In this document: positions 9,045 to 20,108 of the stretch, piece by piece
Layout: each line of letters opens with the position of its first letter
How positions within the stretch are numbered: the first letter of the stretch is position 1
Assembly (NCBI GenBank): GCA_049515535.1
Contig: JBEKTZ010000002.1
Coordinates: 91,787 to 147,466 of the forward strand
Source: Candidatus Aminicenantales bacterium
Lineage (GTDB): Bacteria; Acidobacteriota; Aminicenantia; Aminicenantales; UBA4085
Direction of reading: 5' to 3'
DNA length: 55,680 bases
The notes under the pieces: model-generated
The model's database searches: none
Told to the model about the DNA's origin: nothing
What the model saw: only the letters and a program-made list of their open reading frames with translations
Program-made: the position numbers and the translations under genes

Positions 9045-9081
9045 TTGACGTTCGGGGCGCCTGGAATATAGAATTCTTCCC
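9045..9081 (+). promoter_or_regulatory. sigma70 promoter, probably leaderless
   Basis: TTGACG(9045)-18-TAGAAT(9069), then 7 nt to GTG 9082; no Shine-Dalgarno. Confidence 0.65.
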
Positions 9082-10227
9082 GTGAACCTTGACGATAAGG
9101 ATCGGCTTGTCTGGGCTTTGGGCGAGCGCGTCAAGGAACTCACCGCGCTTCACGGCGCCGCCCGCATTCTCCAGGATCATCAAAAATCCCCAGCTCTCAT
9201 CCTCCAAGAAATCGTCGCGTTGCTTCCCCCCGCCTGGCAGTATCCGGAGATCACTTGCGCGCGCATCGCCTTTCGGGACATCGAAGCCGCCACGCCGGCT
9301 TTCGTGCGCACGCGCTGGCTGCAATCCGCCGCTTTTACCACTCGCGAGGGCGTCGGAGGTCTGATCGAAGTCATCTACCGCGAAGAAAAACCAGCGTCGT
9401 TCGAAGGACCTTTCCTTAAAGAAGAACGAGCGCTTATCCAATCGCTGGCCCAGATGCTCGCCTCCTATTTCGAACGAAAGGCGGCCGAGGAAAAAATCCT
9501 CATCGCCTATAATAGCCTCGAACAGCAAGTCAAGGACCGGACAGCCCAGCTCAGGCGCCTCGCCTCGGAACTGGCCTTGACCGAAGAGCGGGAAAGACGG
9601 ACGATCGCTTCGGATCTCCATGACCATATCGGACAGGCCCTGGCCTTGATCAAATCCCGATTACGGGAAATACAGGGCAACTCGGTTTTTAGCGGTATGG
9701 AAAAAAGCTTTGAGGAAGTCTTGACGCTCGTGGACCAGACCATTCAATCCACCCGAACGCTGACGTTCGAGATCAGCCCGCCCGTTCTTTACGAGTTGGG
9801 TTTGGAAGCCGGCTTAAGCTGGCTGTGCCGTCAATTCCAGAGAAAAAACGGCTTTCCGGCAGAAATGCACTCCGAAGGGCACGCGATAACCGTGCCGGAC
9901 GATGTTCAGATCACTGTCTTCCGATCCATTCAAGAGCTCTTATTGAACGCGGCTAAACACGCAAAGGCGGCATTAGTGTCGGTATTCGTGAAATGGCAAA
10001 GCGTTGGAGTCCGCATCGAAATCCGAGACGATGGTGTCGGCTTCGATGTTGATCGAATGAAAGGCCCATCGGATAAGCCCGCAGGGTTTGGGTTGTTCAG
10101 CATCCGGGAAAGGATGAAGGGTCTTGGCGGCTCATTGGAAATCTCTTCTTCTCCCGGATGCGGCTCATCGTTCATTCTGACGGTCCCGATCTCGGCCGAA
10201 GCGCCATCTGCCGGAGAGGGCACATGA
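9082..10227 (+). CDS. Cytoplasmic sensor histidine kinase, HisKA_3 (NarX/UhpB class)
   Basis: ERERRTIASDLHDHIGQAL H-box; ELLLNAAKHA, DDGVGF, GFGLFSIRER; GAF-like N-terminus without TM helices. Confidence 0.9.
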   Translation: MNLDDKDRLVWALGERVKELTALHGAARILQDHQKSPALILQEIVALLPPAWQYPEITCARIAFRDIEAATPAFVRTRWLQSAAFTTREGVGGLIEVIYREEKPASFEGPFLKEERALIQSLAQMLASYFERKAAEEKILIAYNSLEQQVKDRTAQLRRLASELALTEERERRTIASDLHDHIGQALALIKSRLREIQGNSVFSGMEKSFEEVLTLVDQTIQSTRTLTFEISPPVLYELGLEAGLSWLCRQFQRKNGFPAEMHSEGHAITVPDDVQITVFRSIQELLLNAAKHAKAALVSVFVKWQSVGVRIEIRDDGVGFDVDRMKGPSDKPAGFGLFSIRERMKGLGGSLEISSSPGCGSSFILTVPISAEAPSAGEGT

Positions 10228-10871
10228 GCCTCCGCATTTTACTGGCTGACGATCATAAGATCATCGTGGACGGCCTGCGGAGCCTCCTCGAGAAGAAACC
10301 GGAATATCAGGTCATCGGACAGGTTTCCGATGGGCTGGCCGCCGTCCGCTTGGCCGACGAACTCGCCCCCGCTCTTATCATTATGGACATCACGATGCCG
10401 GGTCTGAACGGGATCGAGGCTACGCGCCGCATCCTGGAACGAAATCCGAAAATCAAGATCATCATCCTCTCCATGCATGCCGACGGCCGGTTTATCGCCG
10501 AGGCGCTCAAAAGCGGAGCTTCAGGCTATCTCCTGAAAGATTCAGCCTTCCAGGAGCTTTCAGCGGCCATCCCGGCCGTTATGAAAAACCAGACATACCT
10601 CAGCACCGCCATTACCGATATTGTGATCAAGGATTATATCCGCCACCTCGAGCGACAGGGCGCGGGGGCCTTCGACATCCTGACCGCCCGGGAGCGCGAA
10701 GTGCTTCAATCTCTTTCCGAAGGCCTGGCGACTAAACAAATCGCCGCCCGCCTGGGCATCAGCGTCAAGACCGTGGAAACCCACCGCGCCCAGATTATGA
10801 TCAAACTCAACATCCATAGCATCGCAGAACTCACGAAATACGCCATCCGCGAAGGGATCACGTCCCTTTAG
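10224..10871 (+). CDS. NarL/LuxR-family response regulator
   Basis: LADDH, MDITMPGLNG, GYLLK, LTAREREVL...SVKTVETHR; ATGA overlap with the kinase. Confidence 0.93.
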   Translation: MSLRILLADDHKIIVDGLRSLLEKKPEYQVIGQVSDGLAAVRLADELAPALIIMDITMPGLNGIEATRRILERNPKIKIIILSMHADGRFIAEALKSGASGYLLKDSAFQELSAAIPAVMKNQTYLSTAITDIVIKDYIRHLERQGAGAFDILTAREREVLQSLSEGLATKQIAARLGISVKTVETHRAQIMIKLNIHSIAELTKYAIREGITSL

Positions 10872-11014
10872 CTCTCAGGTTTTTCGCCATTCCGATTTCT
10901 GATTTTCCTGATTGAAAACCAGCCCGCGCCATTATATGTATTCTTGGAAATCCCAAAAGCGCCTCGTGCGCTTTTCGCCCGGAACAAAGGGCGGATTTTC
11001 AAGGAGGTAGCAAA

Positions 11015-12229
<1,215 letters not shown>

Positions 12230-12276
12230 AGGGGAAGCTGAAGAGCCGGGCAGCGGAACCTTTGGACGAGTTCATG

Positions 12277-12346
12277 GCCTTGACAATTGAAGCGCCTGGA
12301 ATTTAGGATTCTTCCAGTGAACCTTGACGATAAGGATCGGCTTGTC
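12277..12346 (+). repeat. Second copy of the 9041-9111 promoter plus first 10 codons of the histidine kinase
   Basis: GTGAACCTTGACGATAAGGATCGGCTTGTC identical at 9082-9111 and 12317-12346; upstream TTGACA-18-TAGGAT vs TTGACG-18-TAGAAT with shared GCGCCTGGAAT. Confidence 0.92.
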
Positions 12347-12364
12347 GTAGCATTAACGCCATGA
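12317..12364 (+). CDS. 15-aa leaderless uORF MNLDDKDRLVVALTP
   Basis: GTG 7 nt after the -10 box; its TGA overlaps ATG 12361 (ATGA). Confidence 0.55.
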   Translation: MNLDDKDRLVVALTP

Positions 12365-13170
12365 AGCGAATCCAATGGTCGGCGCTGGTTGGCCTCCTGG
12401 CCGCGATCCTCGCGCCTTCAATCTTTAGTCAATCCGCCGCCGTCACGGGGAACGCGTCCCTCGGCCTTTATAACCGGTATATCTTCCGCGGGTATCTGTT
12501 GGGAAGGGACAGCCTGATCATCCAGCCGTCCCTTTCGGTCTCTTACGGCGGTTTTTCTGCGTCGCTTTGGGGAAATATCGATACGTCCGAAAAGGCCACG
12601 CCGTGTTTCTATCCGGACGCTCCGGGACTGATGAGCTTCAATGAAACCGATCTGACTCTCTCCTATGCTCAGAGCGCCGGAAAATTCGGATGGACGGCGG
12701 GATTCATCTATTACGGGACAAAATACGCGAAGGAAACACAGGAGCTTTATGCGGGCATCAGCTGCGATATCTTGGGAAAGCCGACTTTAACGGTTTATCG
12801 GGACATTTCGGCATATCCCGGCACCTATCTGAATTTCTCCCTGGCCCATTCGATCTCCTTGAAGAACGGTCTTTTGCTCGACCTGGGTGTTTCTCTGGCT
12901 TATTTCGCCGGCGCGGCCGATTATTGGCGGACGTACGACTCAAGCTCCGGCGCCTATACGGGGAAAAAATATCGAGCCCTCCATGATGGCCAGATCAAGG
13001 CCGCGCTGACAGTGCCTTTGGGAAAAGGCCTAAACCTTCAAGCTCTCGTCCAATATTGCTTCCCGCTCTCCGCTGCGGCTAAAAGAACGATCGACGGATA
13101 TTCCTACAACATCAATGGTCATTTGGAAAGAGTCTTCGTTTTCGGCACAACGTTGACGTTTTCTTATTAA
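12361..13170 (+). CDS. Outer-membrane beta-barrel, TorF/Gcw_chp (TIGR02001)-like putative porin
   Basis: Signal peptide; YIFRG...QP...WGN...ETDL pattern; terminal aromatic residue (TFSY); family commonly found beside amtB. Confidence 0.7.
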   Translation: MKRIQWSALVGLLAAILAPSIFSQSAAVTGNASLGLYNRYIFRGYLLGRDSLIIQPSLSVSYGGFSASLWGNIDTSEKATPCFYPDAPGLMSFNETDLTLSYAQSAGKFGWTAGFIYYGTKYAKETQELYAGISCDILGKPTLTVYRDISAYPGTYLNFSLAHSISLKNGLLLDLGVSLAYFAGAADYWRTYDSSSGAYTGKKYRALHDGQIKAALTVPLGKGLNLQALVQYCFPLSAAAKRTIDGYSYNINGHLERVFVFGTTLTFSY

Positions 13171-13198
13171 GCGCGTTAATCGCGTTAATCACGCGACC

Positions 13199-13235
13199 TT
13201 GACGCCGGCCGACGTCCGCGGATAGAATTCTCCGC
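13199..13235 (+). promoter_or_regulatory. sigma70 promoter, probably leaderless
   Basis: TTGACG(13199)-18-TAGAAT(13223), then 7 nt to ATG 13236; no SD. Confidence 0.65.
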
Positions 13236-15191
13236 ATGAACCTCACTGTCCTCGACTGGGCCATTGTCGTCACCGTCTTTTCTTTCATCATCGTCGTCGT
13301 CATATCCTCCAAGAAGCTCATGCGCTCGGTTTCGGACTTCCTCGCCGCCGGACGCACGGGCGGACGCTACCTCATAAGCCTCTCGCAGGGCACGGCCGCG
13401 CTCGGCGCGATCACCATCGTCGGCATGTTCGAAATGAACTATGTCGCCGGATTCTGCCTGCGCTGGTGGGAAATGGTTATGGCCGTCGTGCTCGTGGCCA
13501 TCAGCGTCTCCGGCTGGGTGCTCTACCGGTTCCGGCAGACGCGCGCGTTGACCATGGCTCAATTCTTCGAGATCCGGTACAGCCGGAATTTCCGGATTTT
13601 CGCCGGCCTGCTGGCTTTTTTTGCGGGCTTGATCAATTTCGGGATCTTCCCGGCGGTGAGCGCCCGGTTCTTCATCTACTTCTGCGGACTCCCTCCCTCG
13701 ATCGACGTCTTCGGGATTCCCATTTCGACGTTCGCCCTGACGATGATCATCGTCCTCTGGATCCCGCTTTATTTCGTCTTCAGCGGCGGCCAGATCGCGG
13801 TGATGATCACCGATTTCCTGCAGGGGATCTTTACCAACGCCGTCTTCATCGTGATCATCGTCGTTTTGATGCTCAAGGTCGATTGGGCCCATATCTTTGC
13901 CGCCTTGAGTCAGGCGCCCAGGAACGCCTCTCTGATCAATCCGTTCCTGACCGGGAGCACGAAAGACTACAATTTCTGGTATTTCCTCATCGGGATGATC
14001 GGCGTCATTTACGGCAAGCTATCCTGGCAGGGAACGCAGGCTTATAACGCCTCGGCTAAAAGCGCCCACGAAGCGAAGATGGGCGATGTCCTTATGAACT
14101 GGCGCAACATCCCTCAATGGGGATTATTCCTCGTCATCGTTCCCATCGTCGCCTATGCGTTTCTGCACCATCCGGATTATGCCGGAGCGGCGGCCGGCGT
14201 CCAGCCGCTATTGAACGGACTGGCCTCGGACGCGTTGCGGAGCCAGTTGACCGTGCCGGTCGCGCTGACCAAACTTCTGCCGCCCGGGCTGATGGGCGCG
14301 TTCGCGGCCGTGATGCTGGCGGCTTCGATCGCCTGCCACGAGACGTATCTCCATTCATGGGGGAGCATCTTCATCCAGGACGTCGTGATGCCGCTCCGGC
14401 GCCGTCCGTTCCCGCCCGAGCGGCATATCCGATATCTGAAGCTTGCGATTCTGGGTGTGGCCGTGTTCATTTTCTTTTTCAGCCTGCTCTTCCAGCAAAG
14501 CGAATATATCTTTCTGTTTTTCGCGGTCACGGGGGCGATTTTCGCGGGCGGAAGCGGAGCGGTCATTATCGGAGGGCTTTACTGGAAACGAGGCACGTCG
14601 GCCGCGGCCTGGTCGGCGATGATTACGGGGTCGATCACGGCGGTCGGCGGAATCGTCATTCGGCAGATCGACAAGAGCTTTTTCATCAACGGTCAGATGT
14701 TCTGGGGTCTGGCCATGGGCTTGAGCAGCGTGGTCTATATCGTTGTTTCCCTTGTGACCGGACGCGGGAGAAAGGCCTTCGACTTGGACCGCATGCTCCA
14801 TCGCGGAGCTTACCGGCTCAAAGAAGAATACAAAATCGTGGACGCCGCGCCCATCAAGGGCTGGAGAGTCCTGGGCATGGGCAAGGAATTCACAAAATTC
14901 GACAGGGTGATCTATATCGCGACATATGCCTGGACGCTGTCCTGGGTCATCGTCTTCACCATCGGGACGATCATGAATCTGACTGGCGCCGTCGGCAACT
15001 CGGCCTGGTTGAGTTTCTGGAAAACCTACGTTTGGATCTATCTCGCGGCCTCGATCGTCGTCCTCGTCTGGTTCTCAACCGGCGGCCTGATTAACCTCAG
15101 GGACATGATCAAGGCGCTGAAGACGATGACGCGGGACCACGCGGATGACGGGTTCGTGTACAAAAAAGAAAAGGAGAGCCGCCTCCCATGA
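13236..15191 (+). CDS. Sodium:solute symporter (SSS/SLC5 family)
   Basis: DFLAAGR, TMAQFFEIRY, LPPGLMG...MLAA, GGLYWKRGT; about 14 hydrophobic segments. Confidence 0.9.
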   Translation: MNLTVLDWAIVVTVFSFIIVVVISSKKLMRSVSDFLAAGRTGGRYLISLSQGTAALGAITIVGMFEMNYVAGFCLRWWEMVMAVVLVAISVSGWVLYRFRQTRALTMAQFFEIRYSRNFRIFAGLLAFFAGLINFGIFPAVSARFFIYFCGLPPSIDVFGIPISTFALTMIIVLWIPLYFVFSGGQIAVMITDFLQGIFTNAVFIVIIVVLMLKVDWAHIFAALSQAPRNASLINPFLTGSTKDYNFWYFLIGMIGVIYGKLSWQGTQAYNASAKSAHEAKMGDVLMNWRNIPQWGLFLVIVPIVAYAFLHHPDYAGAAAGVQPLLNGLASDALRSQLTVPVALTKLLPPGLMGAFAAVMLAASIACHETYLHSWGSIFIQDVVMPLRRRPFPPERHIRYLKLAILGVAVFIFFFSLLFQQSEYIFLFFAVTGAIFAGGSGAVIIGGLYWKRGTSAAAWSAMITGSITAVGGIVIRQIDKSFFINGQMFWGLAMGLSSVVYIVVSLVTGRGRKAFDLDRMLHRGAYRLKEEYKIVDAAPIKGWRVLGMGKEFTKFDRVIYIATYAWTLSWVIVFTIGTIMNLTGAVGNSAWLSFWKTYVWIYLAASIVVLVWFSTGGLINLRDMIKALKTMTRDHADDGFVYKKEKESRLP

Positions 15192-17572
15192 ATTACGGCC
15201 GCTTCAGCGAGGACGGGAAAGAATACATCATCACCAACGTGGCGACCCCGAGCCCGTGGATCAACTATATCCAAAACGGGAGATACTTCGCCACGATTTC
15301 GAACAACGGAGGGGGGATCAGTTATTATAAAAGTCCCCTCCACGGAAGGATCACGCGCTATCGCATCAACGACGTTCCTCCCGACCGGCCGGGGAAATAT
15401 GTTTACGTCAAAGACAGGGATTCGGAATCCGTCTGGAGCCTGACCTGGCAGCCGGTCGGAAGAGACGTGCGGGCCTACCAAGTTGCGCATGGATTCGGCT
15501 ACACCCGGGCCCAGGCCGAAATAGAGGGGATCGCCTCTTCCCTTCTCTTCTTCGTTCCGCTCGACGACGATCAGGAGATCTGGCGCGCGCGCCTCACCAA
15601 CACAACCGGCCGGCCACGCCGCCTTTCGATGTTCGGCTATGTGGAGTTCGCTCTCGGACATGCCCTCATCGACCTGATCAATCAATGCGACGACCAGCAT
15701 TTTAACAGAGTCTATTTTGAGAGCGGCCTCAATACGCTTTTTGCCACCAAGACCTATTGGGTCACGGAAACGCGCGGCACGCAGCATCAAGAAAACAAGG
15801 AATGGGACCAATGGGCGTTTTTCACCGTGAACTCGCCCGTCACGGCCTATGAAACGATGAGAGAACGGTTTATCGGTCCCTACCGCTCCGAAAACAATCC
15901 CCTGGCCGTCGAAAAAGGACAGTTGGCTTCGCACGGCACGGATTACGGGAACGCGGTCGGCGCCCTTCAGGTCGATATCGATCTCGAACCGGGCGAATCC
16001 AAAGAGGTCGTTTTTTCGCTCGGCGTCATCCCCAAGGCCGAATTCGAACGGAAGAAAAGCGCTGTCGTCGCGAAATATCGCGAACCCGGCGCCGTAGATG
16101 CGGCTTTCGCCGCCGTGAAGAAGAAATGGACCGATTTTTTCCATCATGTTAAAGTCGAAACGCCTGACCCGGACTTCGACGTCTTCTTGAACTACTGGAC
16201 GCCCTATCAGGCCAAGGTCGCCTTCGACGTCGGCCGCGTCGCGAGCTTCTATTACTGGGGTATCGGCCGCGGGTTCGGTTACCGCGACACGGCCCAGGAT
16301 ACGATCGCCATCACGATCTCCGATCCCTCTCGCGCCCGCGAACGCGTCCTCCTGCTCGCGCGCCAAATGCGAAGCGACGGCAAGGTCTATCATCATTTCT
16401 ACGGCGACGGGGAGGGCGAATTCACCGAGCACTGCGACGATCCGCTGTGGTTCATCCTGGCCGTCACGGAATATCTCAAGGAGACGGGAGATTTCGCCCT
16501 TCTCGACGAGATCGAGCCGTTTCTCGACGGCAAGCGGGGCACGATCCTCGACCATCTGTTCTCCGTCGTCGCGTTCGCCGGGACTCATCTCGCATCCCAC
16601 GGGCTGCCGATTTTCGGCCGGGGCGACTGGAATGACACACTCGACTATATCGGAGGCCGCGAAGGCGGCGAAAGCGTTTGGGGCGGGATGTTTTACGTCG
16701 CGATGCTCGACCGGCTGATAGAGCTGCTGAGGCACCTGAAAAAGGACGAGCGCCGGAGGGAAACGGAAGAATTGCGGGACCGACTGCAGGACTCCCTCGA
16801 AAAATATTGCTGGGACGGCGCCTGGTACATCCGCGCCTTCGGAGAGAATGGAAAGAAGATCGGTTCAAAGGACAATGCATACGGGAAGATCTTCATCAAC
16901 ACCCAAAGCTGGGCCGTCATCGCCGGTCTGCCGGACCGGAAGAGGCTCGTGGCGGCGATGGACAGCGCGCGGGACAGGCTCGGCTCCGCATACGGCCCGA
17001 AGATCTGCGCTCCCGCTTTCCGCGAGATCGATCCGAACGTCGGCTTGATCACGCGCTGCGTGTGGGGAAAGAAAGAAAACGGCGCCGTCTTTTGCCATCC
17101 GGCGGCCTGGCTGATTCAGGCAGAATGCCTGCTCGGCCGGGGCGACGCGGCGTTCGGATATTTCAAGACTTTGCTTCCCAACCGCGTGGATTCGGACGTT
17201 TTCGTCGCCGAGCCCTATGTCTACTCGCAATATATCACCAGCGACGAACACGAGACGGCCGGCCGGGCGAGCCACTCCTGGCAAACGGGCAGCGCGGCCT
17301 GGATGTTCCGGATCGGCTTCGATTATATCCTGGGCATCAGGCCCACATACGACGGACTCCTCATCCATCCCGTGATTCCATCTTTTTGGAAGTCCTTTAA
17401 AGCCGAACGCGTTTTCCGCGGAACCCGCCATCTCATCCACGTCGAAAATCCGTTCGGCGTCGAATCGGGCGTCGCCGAGCTGACGATCGACGGCCGCCCG
17501 GTCCATGGCCAGATCGTGCCGCTGTCGGGACAAGCGCTGCGGCAAATCCATGTTAAAATGGGGACGAGGTGA
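15188..17572 (+). CDS. GH94 glycoside phosphorylase (cellobiose/chitobiose phosphorylase family)
   Basis: YGRFSEDGKEY, PWINY, DRPG, GYRDTAQD, DDPLW, GDWNDTL, ENGAVFCH, SWQTGSAAW. Confidence 0.92.
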   Translation: MNYGRFSEDGKEYIITNVATPSPWINYIQNGRYFATISNNGGGISYYKSPLHGRITRYRINDVPPDRPGKYVYVKDRDSESVWSLTWQPVGRDVRAYQVAHGFGYTRAQAEIEGIASSLLFFVPLDDDQEIWRARLTNTTGRPRRLSMFGYVEFALGHALIDLINQCDDQHFNRVYFESGLNTLFATKTYWVTETRGTQHQENKEWDQWAFFTVNSPVTAYETMRERFIGPYRSENNPLAVEKGQLASHGTDYGNAVGALQVDIDLEPGESKEVVFSLGVIPKAEFERKKSAVVAKYREPGAVDAAFAAVKKKWTDFFHHVKVETPDPDFDVFLNYWTPYQAKVAFDVGRVASFYYWGIGRGFGYRDTAQDTIAITISDPSRARERVLLLARQMRSDGKVYHHFYGDGEGEFTEHCDDPLWFILAVTEYLKETGDFALLDEIEPFLDGKRGTILDHLFSVVAFAGTHLASHGLPIFGRGDWNDTLDYIGGREGGESVWGGMFYVAMLDRLIELLRHLKKDERRRETEELRDRLQDSLEKYCWDGAWYIRAFGENGKKIGSKDNAYGKIFINTQSWAVIAGLPDRKRLVAAMDSARDRLGSAYGPKICAPAFREIDPNVGLITRCVWGKKENGAVFCHPAAWLIQAECLLGRGDAAFGYFKTLLPNRVDSDVFVAEPYVYSQYITSDEHETAGRASHSWQTGSAAWMFRIGFDYILGIRPTYDGLLIHPVIPSFWKSFKAERVFRGTRHLIHVENPFGVESGVAELTIDGRPVHGQIVPLSGQALRQIHVKMGTR

Positions 17573-17577
17573 TCATC

Positions 17578-18549
17578 ATGGAACGCTGCTCTATCAATCC
17601 CATCCTCACCCGGAAAAGCATTCCTAAAGTTCCTCCCCTTTTAACGGACATCACCTCGGTCTTCAACCCCGGCGCCGCCCTGCACCACACCGGCTATCAC
17701 TTGATTCTGAGAGTCCAGGCCCGCTCGCGCGAAACATTCCTGATGCTCGCGGAGAGCGCGGAGGGCGTCAATTTCACGGTCAGGCCGGAGATCGTCGATC
17801 TCGCCGGTATCGACAAGGTCAAAGAAAGAATTTATCACATCTATGACGCTCGCATCACGCCGCTCCAAGGCGCTTTTTACATTATGTTCGCAATGGATAT
17901 GGACTCCGGCTGCCGGCTGGGGCTCGGAAGAACGCGGGATTTCGCGAAATTCGAATTCCTCGGAATTGTGTCCTCGGAAGACACGCGAAACGGCGTCCTC
18001 TTTCCGGAAAAAATCGGCGGCCTCTATCTGCGCATGGACCGGCCGAATAAAACGCGCCTGGAGGGCGGCCCGACATCCGGCAGCACGATCTGGCTCTCGG
18101 CATCAGAAGATCTGCTCCGCTGGAAGCCTGTGGCGCCGCTCGCCGGCGGCCGGCTTCATTACTGGGACGAACTCATCGGTTCCGGCCCTCCTCCCGTCAA
18201 AACGCGCGAAGGATGGCTCCATATCTACCACGGCGTCGCCACCCATTTCGGCAGCGCCAATATCTATCAGGCCGGAGTGATGCTGCTCGATCTAAAAGAC
18301 CCGTCCAAGGTCCTTGGAAGATGCCGCGGCAATATTCTCGAGCCTCGCGAGCCTTACGAACTGACCGGCCAGGTCCCGAACGTCGTTTTTCCGAGCGGGA
18401 TGATCGTCGAAAAAACCGATAAGGAAGGATACGCGTTGCCGGATTCCCCCGTGAAAGTTTATTACGGCGCTGCGGATACGGCGGTCGGCCTCGCGACCAC
18501 AACCATCAGGCAGCTTTTGACGGCGGCGAAGGAACGCCCCATAATTTGA
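17578..18549 (+). CDS. GH130 beta-mannoside phosphorylase/glycosidase
   Basis: NPILT, VFNPGA, YDARIT, RNGVLFPEKIGG, PPVKTREGWLHIYHGV, YYGAADT; alternative GTG start at 17569. Confidence 0.9.
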   Translation: MERCSINPILTRKSIPKVPPLLTDITSVFNPGAALHHTGYHLILRVQARSRETFLMLAESAEGVNFTVRPEIVDLAGIDKVKERIYHIYDARITPLQGAFYIMFAMDMDSGCRLGLGRTRDFAKFEFLGIVSSEDTRNGVLFPEKIGGLYLRMDRPNKTRLEGGPTSGSTIWLSASEDLLRWKPVAPLAGGRLHYWDELIGSGPPPVKTREGWLHIYHGVATHFGSANIYQAGVMLLDLKDPSKVLGRCRGNILEPREPYELTGQVPNVVFPSGMIVEKTDKEGYALPDSPVKVYYGAADTAVGLATTTIRQLLTAAKERPII

Positions 18550-18559
18550 GTCGCCAAAG

Positions 18560-19612
18560 ATGCCCGATCCCATGCCCCCGTCGACAATCTCAATGAACAG
18601 CCGGGAACGCGTCAAGAGAGCGATCAGATTCCAGAAGCCCGACCGCATCCCCATATCCCATGCCGTCCTGCCGGCCGCCCAATGGAAATATGGCCCGGCG
18701 CTCGACGACATCCTGGCCGATTTCCGCGAGGATTTCGGATGGGATTATATGGCCGACTTGCCTCCCGAAAAATCCAACCCTCAGTATCGACAAGGACTCA
18801 ACGTCGATGATTTCGGCACCGTCTGGCGGGTGGAATGGCCGGGAATCTGCGGCATTCCCGTCCGCTGGCCGATCCCCGACCTCGGCCGCTATGACGAATA
18901 TCTCTGGCCCCGCGATTTCATGGCGGGACCTCCGGCCGGCCGCCAATACAGCGGGCATATGTGCGGTTTCGACGGCCGCTGGTACGCGCGCGGGGCCTGG
19001 ATCACGTTCTTCGAACAACTCCAGCAGCTTCGCGGCATGGAAAACCTGTTGATGGACATCGCCCTCGAATCCGGGGAGTTCCTGCGTCTCATGGACGATC
19101 TCCTGGCGTTCAACCTGCGTTGGATCGACCAATGGATCAGACTCGAATACGACGGCCTCCATTTCGGCGATGACTGGGGGACGCAACGCGGCCTCCTCAT
19201 CCGGCCCGAAGCCTGGCGGTGCCTGTTCAAGCCGCGCTATGCCGAGATGTTCGCTCGAGTCAAGGCCGCCGGAAAGAACGTCTGGTTCCACAGTGACGGC
19301 TTCATCAACGATATCTTCGGCGATCTCGTGGACATCGGCGTGGACGTCATCAATTTCCAGATCGCGGTGGTCGGCCACGAATGGACGGCGCGGAACGTCC
19401 GCGGCCGCGTCGCCGTCCGGACCGATATCGATCGCCAAAACATCCTGCCCTTCGGCTCGCCCCCCGACGTCAAAGAGGAAGTGCGACGGACGTTTGAATC
19501 CTGCGGCACGACCGACGGCGGAATCATCGCTTGCGGCGAAATCGGGCCGGACGTCCCGCTGCCCAATATCCGGGCCATGTACGAGGCGTTTCGAGAACCC
19601 GGTCTTCGCTAA
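18560..19612 (+). CDS. Uroporphyrinogen decarboxylase/MtaA-CmuA superfamily TIM-barrel protein
   Basis: SRERVKRAI...PDRIP, LRGMENLLMD, FGDDWGTQ, FHSDG, DLVDIGVD, IDRQ..LPFG.P..V, NIRAM. Confidence 0.85.
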   Translation: MPDPMPPSTISMNSRERVKRAIRFQKPDRIPISHAVLPAAQWKYGPALDDILADFREDFGWDYMADLPPEKSNPQYRQGLNVDDFGTVWRVEWPGICGIPVRWPIPDLGRYDEYLWPRDFMAGPPAGRQYSGHMCGFDGRWYARGAWITFFEQLQQLRGMENLLMDIALESGEFLRLMDDLLAFNLRWIDQWIRLEYDGLHFGDDWGTQRGLLIRPEAWRCLFKPRYAEMFARVKAAGKNVWFHSDGFINDIFGDLVDIGVDVINFQIAVVGHEWTARNVRGRVAVRTDIDRQNILPFGSPPDVKEEVRRTFESCGTTDGGIIACGEIGPDVPLPNIRAMYEAFREPGLR

Positions 19613-19703
19613 AAGCCGAAAGGATCATCCCTCGGCGTCCAATCTGTGATATAATTTTCATTCCAACTTGGCAATGGAATTTTAAAGAAGAGGAGGAATG
19701 GGC

Positions 19704-20090
19704 ATGCCCAACGTCAATCAAAAACTGCAGGTTTACAAATGCGGCGTCTGCGGCAACATCGTCGAAGTCCTTTATGTCGGCGGCGGCGAGCTCGTCTGCT
19801 GCGGCCAGCCGATGAGCCTTCTGACCGAGAATACGGTCGACGCCTCCAGGGAAAAGCACGTTCCCGTGATCGAAAAGAAGGCGGATGGTATCCGGGTAAA
19901 AGTCGGGGCCGTCCCCCATCCCATGGAAGACAAGCATTATATTCAATGGATCGAAGTCATCGACGGCGAGGTCGTCTATCGGCAATTTCTGAAGCCCGGA
20001 CAGGCCCCGGAAGCCGGTTTCTGCCTCAAGACCGCGGGAAAAGTGTCGGCCAGGGAATACTGTAACCTTCACGGCCTATGGAAAGCGTAA
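19704..20090 (+). CDS. dfx: Desulfoferrodoxin (2Fe superoxide reductase)
   Basis: [22 protein letters not shown]...[20 protein letters not shown]. Confidence 0.95.
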   Translation: MPNVNQKLQVYKCGVCGNIVEVLYVGGGELVCCGQPMSLLTENTVDASREKHVPVIEKKADGIRVKVGAVPHPMEDKHYIQWIEVIDGEVVYRQFLKPGQAPEAGFCLKTAGKVSAREYCNLHGLWKA

Positions 20091-20108
20091 GCGTCGAGGA
20101 GACTGAAC

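Noticed and set aside
13172..13189. 9-bp tandem CGCGTTAAT x2 upstream of the SSS promoter
   Set aside because: Too short to separate from chance or slippage without conservation data
18560..19612. Calling the UroD-family gene hemE
   Set aside because: Lacks the RQAGR motif of true uroporphyrinogen decarboxylase
19640..19690. Possible PerR/Fur box before dfx-rbr
   Set aside because: AT-rich but no convincing palindrome
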